A stretch of DNA of 63,415 nt, counting the filler, from Octopus bimaculoides (Eukaryota), in NCBI RefSeq assembly GCF_001194135.2. It is 7 parts of 7 records of this genome, joined end to end, with 100 filler letters (N's around TTAATTAATTAA, not from the genome) between each part and the next. Parts side by side here need not be neighbours in the genome. Positions count along the whole stretch, not along the records: positions 36,033 to 51,446 come from NC_068989.1; positions 51,547 to 57,356 come from NC_068991.1; 5 more parts are not named here. The stretch is one strand, 5' to 3'. Position 1 is the first letter of the stretch; each line of letters opens with the position of its first letter. The notes under the pieces were generated by a model that ran no database searches, had not been told where the DNA came from, and worked only from the letters and a program-made list of their open reading frames with translations. Position numbers and translations under genes: made by a program. Below are positions 41,085 to 52,380 of the stretch, one piece after another.

Positions 41085-41548
41085 ATTAGATAATGCTCAC
41101 AGCTTTGGTCTCCGAACTCATCTGCTCTCATTGAAGAAAGTGAAGGAACGTTCATTAGAAAAATAACTTCCTGGGAACGTCTGATAACTCTGTGTTTTTA
41201 CTCTCTTGAACACCGAAGAGAGATATACTATTATAAACTTCGGCATTAGAGAAAACTTTAATGCACGAACTGGTATATAATGTCAGCTTCCAAATATACA
41301 TCCTTCGAAATTAGGAGCATAAACACTATTGTACCAGTTTGATATTCAGAGGTCCTCAGTTGTCCAACTGCCTATCTAAAGAAATCAAAAATATAAAAGG
41401 AGACTCTATTGAAAGATTCAAAAGATTGGATAAACTCGTAACGATGGGACCGAGCCAGACAAATATTCAAGGATACATTCAAGAAAGATCAGCTTCTTCA
41501 AATTCGACCATAGACCAACTTCCAGTCATAAGGCGAAAACAAAACTGA
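41085..41548 (+). mobile_element. CR1/L2-like LINE ORF2 C-terminal fragment
   Basis: CSQLWSP..FIRKI..SWERL..L.FYSLEHRRE.Y, then FRGPQLSNCL..IK..RFKRLDK..SASSNSTIDQ. Confidence 0.78.
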
Positions 41549-41855
41549 AAGAAAATAAATTCAGTTCTACGAATGGAACCATTTAAAAGATAATGAACTG
41601 GTAATTTTAATTAAGTACAAAGTTGAATTCTAATGGAGGAAAATGCCTCTATTTTACACCAACAATTCACTAAACGAACGAACAATTGCACACAACTCGA
41701 TAAAGAATCTACAATCAAGTTACTAAAGAAAGTACGCCTAGAGCAAATCGAAACTTTTAGCTGTGTTGCAATTAGCATTTGCCAATAGAGTGGAGAAAAA
41801 GCGATCACGCAACTGAAATAGATATCCTCTCTATAAAAGTACACATACGCACACG

Positions 41856-41900
<45 letters not shown>

Positions 41901-42127
41901 NNNNNNNNNNNNNNNNNNNNNNNNNNNNNNNNNNNNNNNNNNNNNNNNNNNNNNNNNNNNNNNNNNNNNNNNNNNNNNNNNNNNNNNNNNNNNNNNNNNN
42001 NNNNNNNNNNNNNNNNNNNNNNNNNNNNNNNNNNNNNNNNNNNNNNNNNNNNNNNNNNNNNNNNNNNNNNNNNNNNNNNNNNNNNNNNNNNNNNNNNNNN
42101 NNNNNNNNNNNNNNNNNNNNNNAACTT

Positions 42128-42176
<49 letters not shown>

Positions 42177-42179
42177 CAT

Positions 42180-42480
42180 CAGGCGAAAGAAACTGTCGAT
42201 ATTGACGAACGTTCTGGGAGATCCGCGACTAGCAAAACTGAGAAAAACATCGCAGATGTGCGTGCAACTGTGAGGGGAAATCATTGAATCATCATCCGTG
42301 AGTTATCAGAAGATGTACAGATTAGCTATTGTTCAGTTCAGTCCATTATCACTGAAAATTTGGGTATGAGACGCGTGTCTGCCAAGTTTGTGCCTAAACT
42401 GCTCTCAGCTGACCAAAAGGATACTCGGGTTTATGTTGCACCAGATCTCCTTTATTGTGTCGAGAACAATGAAAACTCTT
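42180..42480 (+). mobile_element. Mariner transposase fragment
   Basis: DIDERSGRSATS..IRELSEDVQIS..SIITENLGMRRVSAKFVPKLLSADQK. Confidence 0.8.
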
Positions 42481-42863
42481 TGATTAGACCACGTATACAT
42501 ACATATACATACACGCACACTAATCCCTTTCTTCCTTGGCTATCGCCGAGCAAACACGCGAACTTACTTCGTCCCCACTTTCAAGTTCATACCTCACAGC
42601 GTTCATATACACATAATTTTTCACGTCCGGCCGCATAGCCTTTTCCGTTTGTTTTCCTGTCTTGTTTTTTGTCCGCCACTACATTCCTCCATGGCACAGG
42701 TTTAATTTGTGTATACAAATTTAATTTGCGGTCCATGGGAAGAGCCGTTTTAACGATGCGTCCTGCCCAACTCTTCGAAACGCCGGTGTTAAAACGGGGG
42801 TAGCTGATGAAGGAAAATTTTCTCTATGTGGCTTATGTGTTTTCTGTACTCTGNNNNNNNNNN

Positions 42864-42928
<65 letters not shown>

Positions 42929-43162
42929 CTTTTACACGTTTCAGTAATTTGACGATGGCCACGCTGGAGCACTGCCTTAAAGGATTTTAGTCAAGGAAAT
43001 CGACCCCAAGATTTACTCTTTGTAATCCTAGTTCTTATTCTATCGGTCTCTTTGACCGAACTGCAATGTAACGGTGACATACACCCTCCCCCCATCGGTT
43101 TCCAAGAAATGGGGGAAGGACAAACATAGATACAAAGAGACATACACACATAAATACAAGTA

Positions 43163-43381
43163 TATTTTCCAGTGATGCTCTCTGTCCATTATTTTAACTT
43201 CATCCCACAGGGGGAGGTGCTCTCCATTTTTCCATACATGATCAGCTATACCCGATTTATCAATATCTCCTCGTGTTACAGCTTTGCGATGTTCGTCTAC
43301 CTTTATTTTGAGGGGGCGACATGTTTCGCCTTTGTATAACCTACCACAGCTGCATGGGATGGAGTACACTCAGTCTTTGGT
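43163..43381 (-). mobile_element. Inverted partial copy of the Penelope GIY-YIG region embedded in a SINE
   Basis: Reverse complement of 44090-44307 at roughly 90% identity by eye. Translates YSIPCSCGRLYKGETCRPLKIKVDEHRKAVTRGDIDKSGIADHVW. Confidence 0.88.
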
Positions 43382-43417
43382 TAGGAAAGAGGCTTCTTAC
43401 CACACAGCCACGCCAGC

Positions 43418-43491
<74 letters not shown>

Positions 43492-43569
43492 GTGTGTGTG
43501 TGTGTATACAGTTCTATATTTAAGAGATGAGGAATTATGTACATTATTTACATGATTTACATTTGACAG

Positions 43570-44410
43570 ATGTCCATGTGCTGTTAGATCATGTTAACTC
43601 AATAAAGCCATCCATACAGTTCACAATGTAAAAGGAAATAGACAATCAGTCAGCATTCCTGGACGTATTAATAACACGCACCAAGTATATATTCAGGACA
43701 TCCGTATACCGCAAGCCGTGCTTCACTGGATGATATCTCAACTTCAATTGCCACCATCCATGCAGTGTAAAGAGAAGGATTGCTCAGTGCCTAAAAGATC
43801 GTGCAAAAAATATAAGTAGCGATCGTGATACACACCACGAAGAAATGATCAAGTTCAATAACAATCTATTAAGCAACAACTACCCCATAAACATACTATC
43901 CACTCCAATTACCAAGAAAAGAGAGGATGAAACCAATAAACTGTCCACAGTCTGTCTACCCTATGTGAAGGCCTCTCCGAAAAGATACAAAAGATATGCG
44001 GCCCATATGACATCAGGACAGTCTTCAAGAGTAATACAACACTTCGTAAATATCTCCTTCGCGTAAAACCACCAATAGAAGAGAATATGACCAAAGACTG
44101 CATGTACTCCATCCCATGCAGCTGTAGTACGTTATACAAAGGCCAAATATGCCACCCCTCAAAATAAGGGTAGACGAACATCGCAAAGCTATGACACGAG
44201 GAGATATTGATAAATCGGGTATAGCTGATCATGTATCGAAACATGGAGACCACCTCCCCCTGTAGGATGAAGTTAAAATAATAGATAGAGAACATCACTG
44301 GAAAATACGAAAACTAAAAGAAGCAGCACATATGCTAGGACACAACAACCTCCTAAGCAGACCGACTGCAGATATGAATAGCATATGAGAACCGGTATTA
44401 GATAGGAAAA
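43570..44410 (+). mobile_element. Penelope-like element (Penelope/Poseidon type): RT C-terminus, thumb and GIY-YIG endonuclease, degraded
   Basis: LDHVNSIKPSIQFTM..AFLDVLITR, VCLPYV, YSIPCSC..LYKG, then (frameshifted) DEHRKA..KSGIADH..KIID.EHHWKIR.LKEA. Confidence 0.88.
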
Positions 44411-44452
44411 TATTAGATTTATAAGCCCTAAAATTCACTCCATAATCATCCA

Positions 44453-44530
44453 CGGGCATATGGAGTAGTGGTTAAGACCGCGGGTTACAAATCCCAAGAT
44501 TCCGTGTTCGATTCCATGCAGTGACCTGAG
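44453..44530 (+). promoter_or_regulatory. tRNA-derived Pol III head (A box and B box)
   Basis: A box TGGAGTAGTGG at 44461-44471 and B box TGTTCGATTCC at 44505-44515 with tRNA-like spacing; the acceptor stem is incomplete. Confidence 0.65.
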
Positions 44531-44591
44531 TAATAATAATAACATCGAAAAATATCTTAGGAATGAAAACCCAGGTTCGAAATTTCCCCAA

Positions 44592-44637
44592 GACACCTGA
44601 TGAAGACTGGAGGGTATATCAGCCGAAATGTTGTGCT
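44592..44637 (+). ncRNA. Degenerate minimal type I hammerhead ribozyme motif
   Basis: GACAC-CTGATGA-A-GACTG-loop-CAGCC-GAAA-TGT-T-GTGCT. The core CTGATGA and GAAA are intact, stem II pairs 4/5 and stem I pairs 4/5 including a G-U. Stem III is ATGT, one transition from the ACGT palindrome typical of minimal Penelope-associated hammerheads. Confidence 0.6.
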
Positions 44638-44690
44638 AACAACAAACAAGATGAGGACACAAATATCCGTCAAATGTAAATTATATATAT

Positions 44691-45185
44691 TCTTTCAGTC
44701 ATTTGATTGAGGCCATGCAGGAGCACCGCTTTTAGTCGAACAAAGAACTTATTCTTTGTAAGCCTAGTACTTATTCTATTGATCTCTTTTGCCGAACCGC
44801 TAAGTTACGGGGGAGCTAAGCACACCAACAACTGTTGTCAAGTGATGGTGGCGGGGGAACAAACAGACATATAAACTTCCCCATTTCTTTTATATATATA
44901 TNNNNNNNNNNNNNNNNNNNNNNNNNNNNNNNNNNNNNNNNNNNNNNNNNNNNNNNNNNNNNNNNNNNNNNNNNNNNNNNNNNNNNNNNNNNNNNNNNNN
45001 NNNNNNNNNNNNNNNNNNNNNATATATATACGACGCGTTTCTTTCAGTTTCCCTCTACTAAATCCACTCTCAAGGTTTTATTTGGCCCGAGGCTATAGTA
45101 GAAGACGCTTGACCAATGTGCCATGCAATGGGACTGAACCCGCAACCATGTGGTTGGGAAGCAAGTTTCTTAGATTCACACGCGT
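44691..45185 (-). mobile_element. SINE family B (gap in central microsatellite)
   Basis: Both halves flank (TA)n and an N run at 44902-45021. Confidence 0.8.
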
Positions 45186-46516
45186 GCAATATGTGTGCAA
45201 ATACATATAGGCATGTATACATACGTATGCACATCCATGTACGCAGGCATACATAGATGCATGTTACTTTGCTTGCGTGCATCCATGCATAACATAAATG
45301 CATAAATGGCAATTTCGTTGATGTCTAAATTCTAACAAGGATAAAACTTAGTTTCTGGATTTGAGTTCACTACATCCGTTTGAAGAGAGATTTGAAAAAT
45401 AAGACCAGAATATAGATTATATATTTGTATACAGTTTAAGCAGTAATCCCGAAAATCTGGGATTTTCAGGCAAGGAAAGTGATCAGCTCCTATGTCCCCT
45501 GCAAATTCAGTCTGTAAGAAGAAGACGGAAAACATACAAACAGCTTTATTCAACTAGTGACTATATATTATTATCTAAACACAGCAATGGAGCCTTGTTT
45601 CTTTGTTAGAAACTATTCCCTTATTTCCAGGAATAATTCAAAGAATCAAAGAAAGGAACTTACATACAAATATGCATATGCACAATTTTCAAGTATACAT
45701 CTATCATGCATAAATACATGCGTTCATATGTATATATATATACACATGTATCATACATAAATACACGCAGTGATATACACACAGACACGCATGCGCGCAT
45801 GCTCGCAAACGCACACGTACGTACGTACATATATACACACAATCATACAGACGGGCATACATACATACACACACACGCAATTCTTCCAAACGCTTTTACA
45901 GAAGAACGTGAAGTTACTATGAGAGGTATATATCTGCCATTGTACGAGGTATTCTCATAGTTTTGTATTGATTTCCAACATAAACATAAAATATTAGGGC
46001 AGATACGAAATAGTGGAACGTTTAAACCCTTCTATATGTATTGGTGACCTAAGTAAAATAAAATAGGCACAGCAGGGAGTTGAAACCAGATAGCTTGATT
46101 AAGCTCACCAGAAATTCACTTCTTCCTCCATACTAACTGCTCTTATTTTCTCATTTCTTCAATGAAAATATTATGATAGCAAATATCAATTGATATATCA
46201 AAACTAATACAAAAGCACTGTAAATACACATATATACACATACATACATAAATATATATGTGCCTGCATGTATTCAGATATACATACATACGCGTTTGCA
46301 TGCACGCCGAGATAACCTCTTCGTCGCTGTTCCGCCTGCTAGGAATAGCGCAAATCTCCCTCAAATTATATCTTATAGTCTCGGAAGAGACACACTGGAT
46401 AGTGTAGTCAATAATACTCACGAGAATCATGGGTTGGTTATGGACGAAAATATATCTTTGATCGTAGATCTGCTGAGTCAAAGCTGACCTTGAGCTAAAC
46501 AACAACATAGCACACA

Positions 46517-46621
<105 letters not shown>

Positions 46622-47510
46622 CTCCGAGTTTAAAGAGAGAGAATGGAGTAATGAGAGCGTGCAATGTTCATAACTTTGTAAAAGATATCAAAATGGAATG
46701 ATCCAACTGACAATTGAAACCGCTCTAGACAACAGAATATCGATTTCTTATATATTTGAAGGCGGTGCACCACCATGGATTGGGTAAAGCATACTCAAAA
46801 ACTAAACATATAAGATTAATTATAAGGCCACCGACTCATTAGAGATACTGAAACGAGATTATGTGACGTTCGTTCACTTCACATTTCAGAAGTTCATTAG
46901 TAATGTAAGTTCCTTTAAATGTTGTAATGTGTACTAGTTTCCTAAAGGCATTAATAATATAATATCTTAAAATATTTGAAAGCCGCACAAAATCTGAACA
47001 AAAAAACACTTTTAACTTGATACAGCCATCTGTTGAGGAGCAGATGGAAAGTCGATAGTTTCAATAAGTTTAATGTTTATTTTATCAACCTGTGGTGTGT
47101 TAAAAACAGTTGATGTTTGCAGGAGAGAACATAAAGTTGCCAAACCATGTAACGTAAAGTTACTCATGTTATTGATGGATCTTCCTTTTGTTTTCGAATC
47201 TCTGAGAGTTCCGGGTGCTCTGTCTATGGAACTACCTGGTTATTCATTGAATTATAATTATAGCTGTCCTTCTATGATGTTTCTTCAGTCGAGATGCCGT
47301 TTCGTTCGAGCCAGTCGGCCTACCCGCTGTTCGTCGCCATTACTAACTGATTTTTTCCTTGGAGCATGCGAGTATTTATAACAATGCAGACTAGCTAGAA
47401 AGGTGGATGTACCATTCTGACAATGGTTAAATTAATGTAGGACACTCCTTATCTATTCCAGCTTTTCCTGGCATAGAAAAGGTTAAGAGTCAAATGGAAA
47501 ACACATATAT

Positions 47511-48144
47511 CGGATCTAGTTCAAAACGGGGGCACCAGTTTTCATTTATGTTTTATGTAGTGTTTTTGGTACGGAAAGACTTTCAAACTTCGTATACTTA
47601 TTTATTTTGTGTTATAGAACAGAAAAAAATTTTTGTATTCGGAGTTATTTCATGTAAAAAATTGTCTTATTTCGATAATTTCAACCGATCACTGACAAGT
47701 ATTCAGCTGTTTATACTTACTCCTTTGGCAGTTTAAGCGGTGTAAAGCGTATTTAATCTCCATTTATAATTTCGTTAACATCTGCCTGAACTGTATGAAA
47801 GGTTTATTAGCTACTGCCTAACCCTAACCCTAACCCTAAACCCTACTACCAATATGCTTCAGCCATTTTTTGACAAGGAAATAATAATTTTATCACCGCC
47901 AGAATCGTTTGAGAATCGTTTGTTTACGTAGTCAGCACTTAATGTATTCGACTGAATGGACGTCAGTCATTGGTTGAAATTACAGAAATACGACAACTTT
48001 AACATGAAATAACTTGCGATGTACGTTTTTTTGTTAAGAAGACTAAGAGAAAAAGATGTTTTATATGACACATTCTACCAGTGTCCCAAGTTTCAAAGTG
48101 TTTCGTTAAGAAAATACTAGTGCCCCCGTTTTGAACTAGATCCC
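47511..48144. mobile_element. Non-autonomous TIR element (634 bp) carrying (CCCTAA)3
   Basis: (C/G)GGATCTAGTTCAAAACGGGGGCAC at both ends in inverted orientation, flanked by ATATAT on each side. Confidence 0.82.
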
Positions 48145-49106
48145 ATATATCAGCATTTATCCCTGACAGAACAATAGATCGTATGGCTAGGGAAAATTTA
48201 CGGACTCGGTTTCGAATCTCAGGTAGGCTCAAACAAGGTCCCACAACTGCAACGTATTTTGTCAGACCTTTCAACGGTTCCGTCAATTAACCAACCTCAC
48301 TCGTTTAATCGTTGTTTCTAATAGACACACAATATCTCAAATTTTGCAGAGAGTATAGCCAATTATATCTCATAAGTTGCCTTGCAATTTATTTTTATGA
48401 ATTCTGTAAGGCACACTGTGCCGGATTGACCTAGAAACACGAGTAGCAAATGTTATAGCTCCCACTTTTTCAGGGACCAGTAAATGTTTTATTAGTATAG
48501 TACTATATTCTTTTCAACGATTGGTTATTTAAGGTTGATTTAATATTCAGAACGCTACCGAGATCCAATAAACATTAAATTAAATACATTATCATTTCCG
48601 ATTCAGTGATTCTGTACTTGTTTTGTTATTGTATTTCTATACTGCCTTCAGCTGTCATGAACGCCTGGGCGTCTAAAGTTGATCCAATTCTCGGAATATT
48701 TCTGATATCCAATGGTATTTATTACATAAAGCAAATCACTATAATCAAATTTAAAAGTAACAATAATTAATAGAAAAGCTTACTTTCTTTTTATAAGATG
48801 CTAGATAATGCTTAATACTTTCTGTTTCTCCATTTCAATGCATTAAACTCGTCCTATAATTATTGCTTTTAATTGTTATTTTTCTCATAGATAAGTTTAC
48901 TTGAATGAGCCAGAGTATTACTTAGATATTATAAACACTGTAGTGAAAACTATACTCATTAAATAGAATCGAGATTTCTAAGTAAAGAAGAAAAATTTGA
49001 GTGTAATTTCTAGTTAATGTTGCTGAGAAAAATTATAGTACATGCAACAAAAGAAGAACTATTTCACTTCTCTCAAAATCTTCAAAATTCTTATGACGTC
49101 AGCATC

Positions 49107-49204
<98 letters not shown>

Positions 49205-49458
49205 GAGAGAGAGATAGCTAGCTAGCTAGATAGATAGATAGTCAACAGATGAGATCAAGAGATTCTCAGTATAGAAAGTACTTAGCAGTGCTCAAATGAT
49301 TCAGACTTAGACTCCAATGTCTTTACAGGGGATCAATTCCACGGGGTATAGAATGACTTTAAGAGGGATCAAGTGGAGCAGATATAGAGGCAATTATGCG
49401 GATAAACAAATAAAATATATTAAATGCAACAGTTTGGTAATGAAATCCAGAATATGTA

Positions 49459-49686
49459 TTGGGTTATCCGGAAAGTCCGTGCCCATTTTTAAAAGAAAGA
49501 AAAAGGTCAATAAATACTTGCCATTACATTTTTAATCAACCAAATATGAACCATTTTATTGCATAATGCGTCTCCATCTTTCCTTTAACTTGAAAATACC
49601 CCCTTCCCAGAATTGAGGTGGTTTCATGGCAAATAAGTCGAAAGGTAAGCTACTATAAATCGACATGAACTTTCCGGACAACCCAA
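49459..49686 (-). mobile_element. Mariner-derived MITE (228 bp) with TA target-site duplication
   Basis: TA-TTGGGTTATCCGGAAAGTCC..GAACTTTCCGGACAACCCAA-TA; the interior retains a transposase C-terminus (QFWEGGIFKLKERWRRIM). Confidence 0.85.
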
Positions 49687-50250
49687 TATATATGTATACA
49701 TTCAAAACGAGAGAAAGCAAAAAGCGGAGACTTTCAGATGATGAATATTTAAGTATAAATATATAGATATTAATATTAATAGATCGAACTTACACAGAAT
49801 ACAAGCGACAGAGAAAGAGGGGAGGAAGAAATTAATACAAATATCTATATATTTATACTAAATAGTCGTCGTCTGAGTTTCTACTTTTTGCTGTCTCTCA
49901 TTTTGCTGTATACATATATGCATATTTTGGATTTTATACCCAAACTGCTATGTTTAATATGTCTAATTTCTTTATCCGTATAATTGTTTATATGTGTGTG
50001 TGTGTGTGTATGTGTGTGTGTAAAGGTAAGATCCAAGGAGCAAGGTGTAGGAAGTTAGTGAGCTTCAAGCAGTTCGTAGAACATATAAAAAACCATCTTT
50101 CAGGAACAATAGTGGTTTAGTGGCGCAGAAGGCTGTGAATTTTTCTCGTATCGGAATATGATAAACTGAATACAAAACAAGGTTAATTTATTGTTCACGG
50201 TCAGCAACTGGGGTTGCTATATATGCGAATAAACATCCAAAATTAGATAA

Positions 50251-50482
50251 TAATAAATAAATAAATGCGCCCTTTTAAAGCCTAGCCAGGCTCATGGGCC
50301 CGGTTTCCCGGTTTCAATGGCGTATGTGTTCCCCAGGTGGATGGGACGCCAGTCCATCGCAGCGTTACTCATTTTTGCCAGCTGAGTGGACTGGAGCAAC
50401 GTGAAATGAAGTGTTTTGCTCAAGAACACAACGCGTCGCCCGGTCCAGGAATCGAAACCACAATCTTACGATCATGATGCTG
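50251..50482 (-). mobile_element. tRNA-derived SINE family D with (TTTA)n tail; related plus-strand partials at about 29170-29320 and 29455-29600
   Basis: B box GTTTCGATTCC, TGTTCTTGAGCAAAACACTTCATTTCACGTTGCTCCAGTCCACTCAGCTGG body, and a tail ending AAAAGGGCGCA(TTTA)n. Confidence 0.75.
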
Positions 50483-50720
50483 GAACCTCGGAAAAAGTAA
50501 TTATCCAAACGAGGAGTTGACCTCAAGCTATTCTTGACATTGTTGTTAGGAGATGACGTGTTAACTAGTAGGGGATTTGATCGAAATGCAACGACAATGT
50601 AGACTTCATATAATCAAGCTATCCTCGTTTGGATAATTACCTCTTCCGGGGTTCCGCTAACTACGAAACATATATATCCTGGATTTTATCTACTCCATTT
50701 CTTAATTTTGTATATATAGA

Positions 50721-51218
50721 GAGTAATCACTCACGATACCGCGGTTCACCTATCGCGCCCTCAGCACATCGCGGATTTTCTGGCTAATATAAGTAAATTT
50801 ATATCGCGGACTCCTCAGTATATCGCAGGTTTCTGCGGCCGATAGGTATTCATATTGTTTTAGATTTTAATTATTTCTGTGGTAAAAATAAGCATTTTCA
50901 CGCCTAAAAATTAATAAATTAATTGATGAAAATACAGTACAGTACTGCACTGTATAATAACACATTATTTAAAATATATTAAATGAAAGTGTGAAGTGTA
51001 CCGTAGATGAGTAAACAAAGAATCGCACATACTGTATGGAAAACGAAACTTGGGAGGCGAGTGTGTAGTGTTGTTTTGCATTTATGATAAAATAAATATA
51101 TACAAATTATAAAAATAATGATAAAAATATACAGTCCTGTACTGTTTCTACTTAGCGGATTTTCACCTGTCGCGCTGGGTTTCGGAACGTAACACCCGCG
51201 ATAGTCGGGGGATTACCA
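50721..51218. mobile_element. pogo/Tigger-like MITE
   Basis: Imperfect TIRs GAGTAATCACTCACGATACCGCGG / CCCGCGATAGTCGGGGGATTACC, repeated internal ATCGCG motifs and TA-rich flanks. Confidence 0.7.
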
Positions 51219-51446
51219 TATATATATAAAACCTCCTTTCTAAAAAACACTTCCAGCTTTCTAGATACGGCTAATAGAGCTGATGCCACAAGCAACGTAT
51301 GTGGTGGAATGTTTGCTTATAAAAACTTGTATATGCACACATGAGAGTAAGGGGACATCCGAGTAAGGCTGTGCACACGAACCAACACATATAGATGTGC
51401 ATTGGAGTGCCTATAGCGATCTATCTATAATGTTTGTAGGCTTTTT

Positions 51447-51546
51447 NNNNNNNNNNNNNNNNNNNNNNNNNNNNNNNNNNNNNNNNNNNNTTAATTAATT
51501 AANNNNNNNNNNNNNNNNNNNNNNNNNNNNNNNNNNNNNNNNNNNN
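51447..51546. other. Artificial 100-bp assembly spacer
   Basis: 44 N + TTAATTAATTAA + 44 N. Confidence 0.95.
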
Positions 51547-51699
51547 TTTATGTTTTATTTATATTCTTGTAAAATTAATGTGGGATATAGAATATGGAAT
51601 ATGTAATATATAATATAAAAATGGATGGTACAATGAAATGAAGTACTGAATGTCTTATTGAATATATGGAATATGTCTTATGGAATATATGAAATAGTG

Positions 51700-52380
51700 A
51701 GTGTTCAATATAAAGGATTAAATATATAAAGGCTAATACGTATTTTCAATACCTTTTGGTATTTCATCATGGCCGGTATCTGACAAACTGTAACAGACTG
51801 TAATAGACTGGCTGGTTTTCTGTCTTTTATACCTATTCCTTTGGACAGCACCAGTATGTGTTTGGTTATTTTTAGAATTGATGCCAAGTTTATTTTTAGA
51901 AATGATGACATTTGAGAGATTTTTTGTGTTTTAGTTATAGGGATAAGATTTTTACACTCCAGTAGGTGTTTGGCTATTTTTAGAAATGATGCCAAGTTTA
52001 TTTTTAGAAATGATGACATTTGAGAGATTTTTTTGTGTTTNNNNNNNNNNTGTTGCTAGGTGGTTACTCAGTGGTATTTGGCGGACTTCTGGGTTTTTAA
52101 TCTGTTGTCGATGCACCCGTGAGCGTTCCGATAGTGCATTACCTGTCTGGCCAACGTACAGTTCTTCACAATTAGGGCATTTGATGAAGTAGATTAGATT
52201 TCTACTTTTGCAGTTCATGTTCGCATTGGTGAATATTTTCCTTGTTTTTGTGTTCATATATGGGCCGGTGTGAATTGATCGGCATGTACCGCATCGGCTA
52301 TCATTGCATTTGGATACAGTGAATGTTTGATTTTTGTTGCTGAGGTCAAACCTTGCCTTTGTTAATTCTAAAACCACCCC
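51700..52380 (-). mobile_element. Penelope-like element, Neptune-type GIY-YIG fragment
   Basis: KCNDSRCGTC Cys-rich linker followed by NCKSRNLIYFIKCPNCEELYVGQTGNALSERSRVHRQQI..PLSNHL. Confidence 0.85.

Noticed and set aside
45332-45512. Strong minus-strand acceptor (TTTTCCGTCTTCTTCTTACAG) followed by an open frame TEFAGDIGADHFPCLK
   Set aside because: No good donor, no SLC46 similarity and no recognisable protein; it lies on a different segment from the gene.
46260-46487. 75-codon ORF with ordinary-looking composition
   Set aside because: Starts inside a microsatellite, has no recognisable motif and no convincing splice sites.
47817-47845. Telomere or chromosome-fusion scar
   Set aside because: Only about 4 units, enclosed within a TIR element; better explained as part of the transposon.
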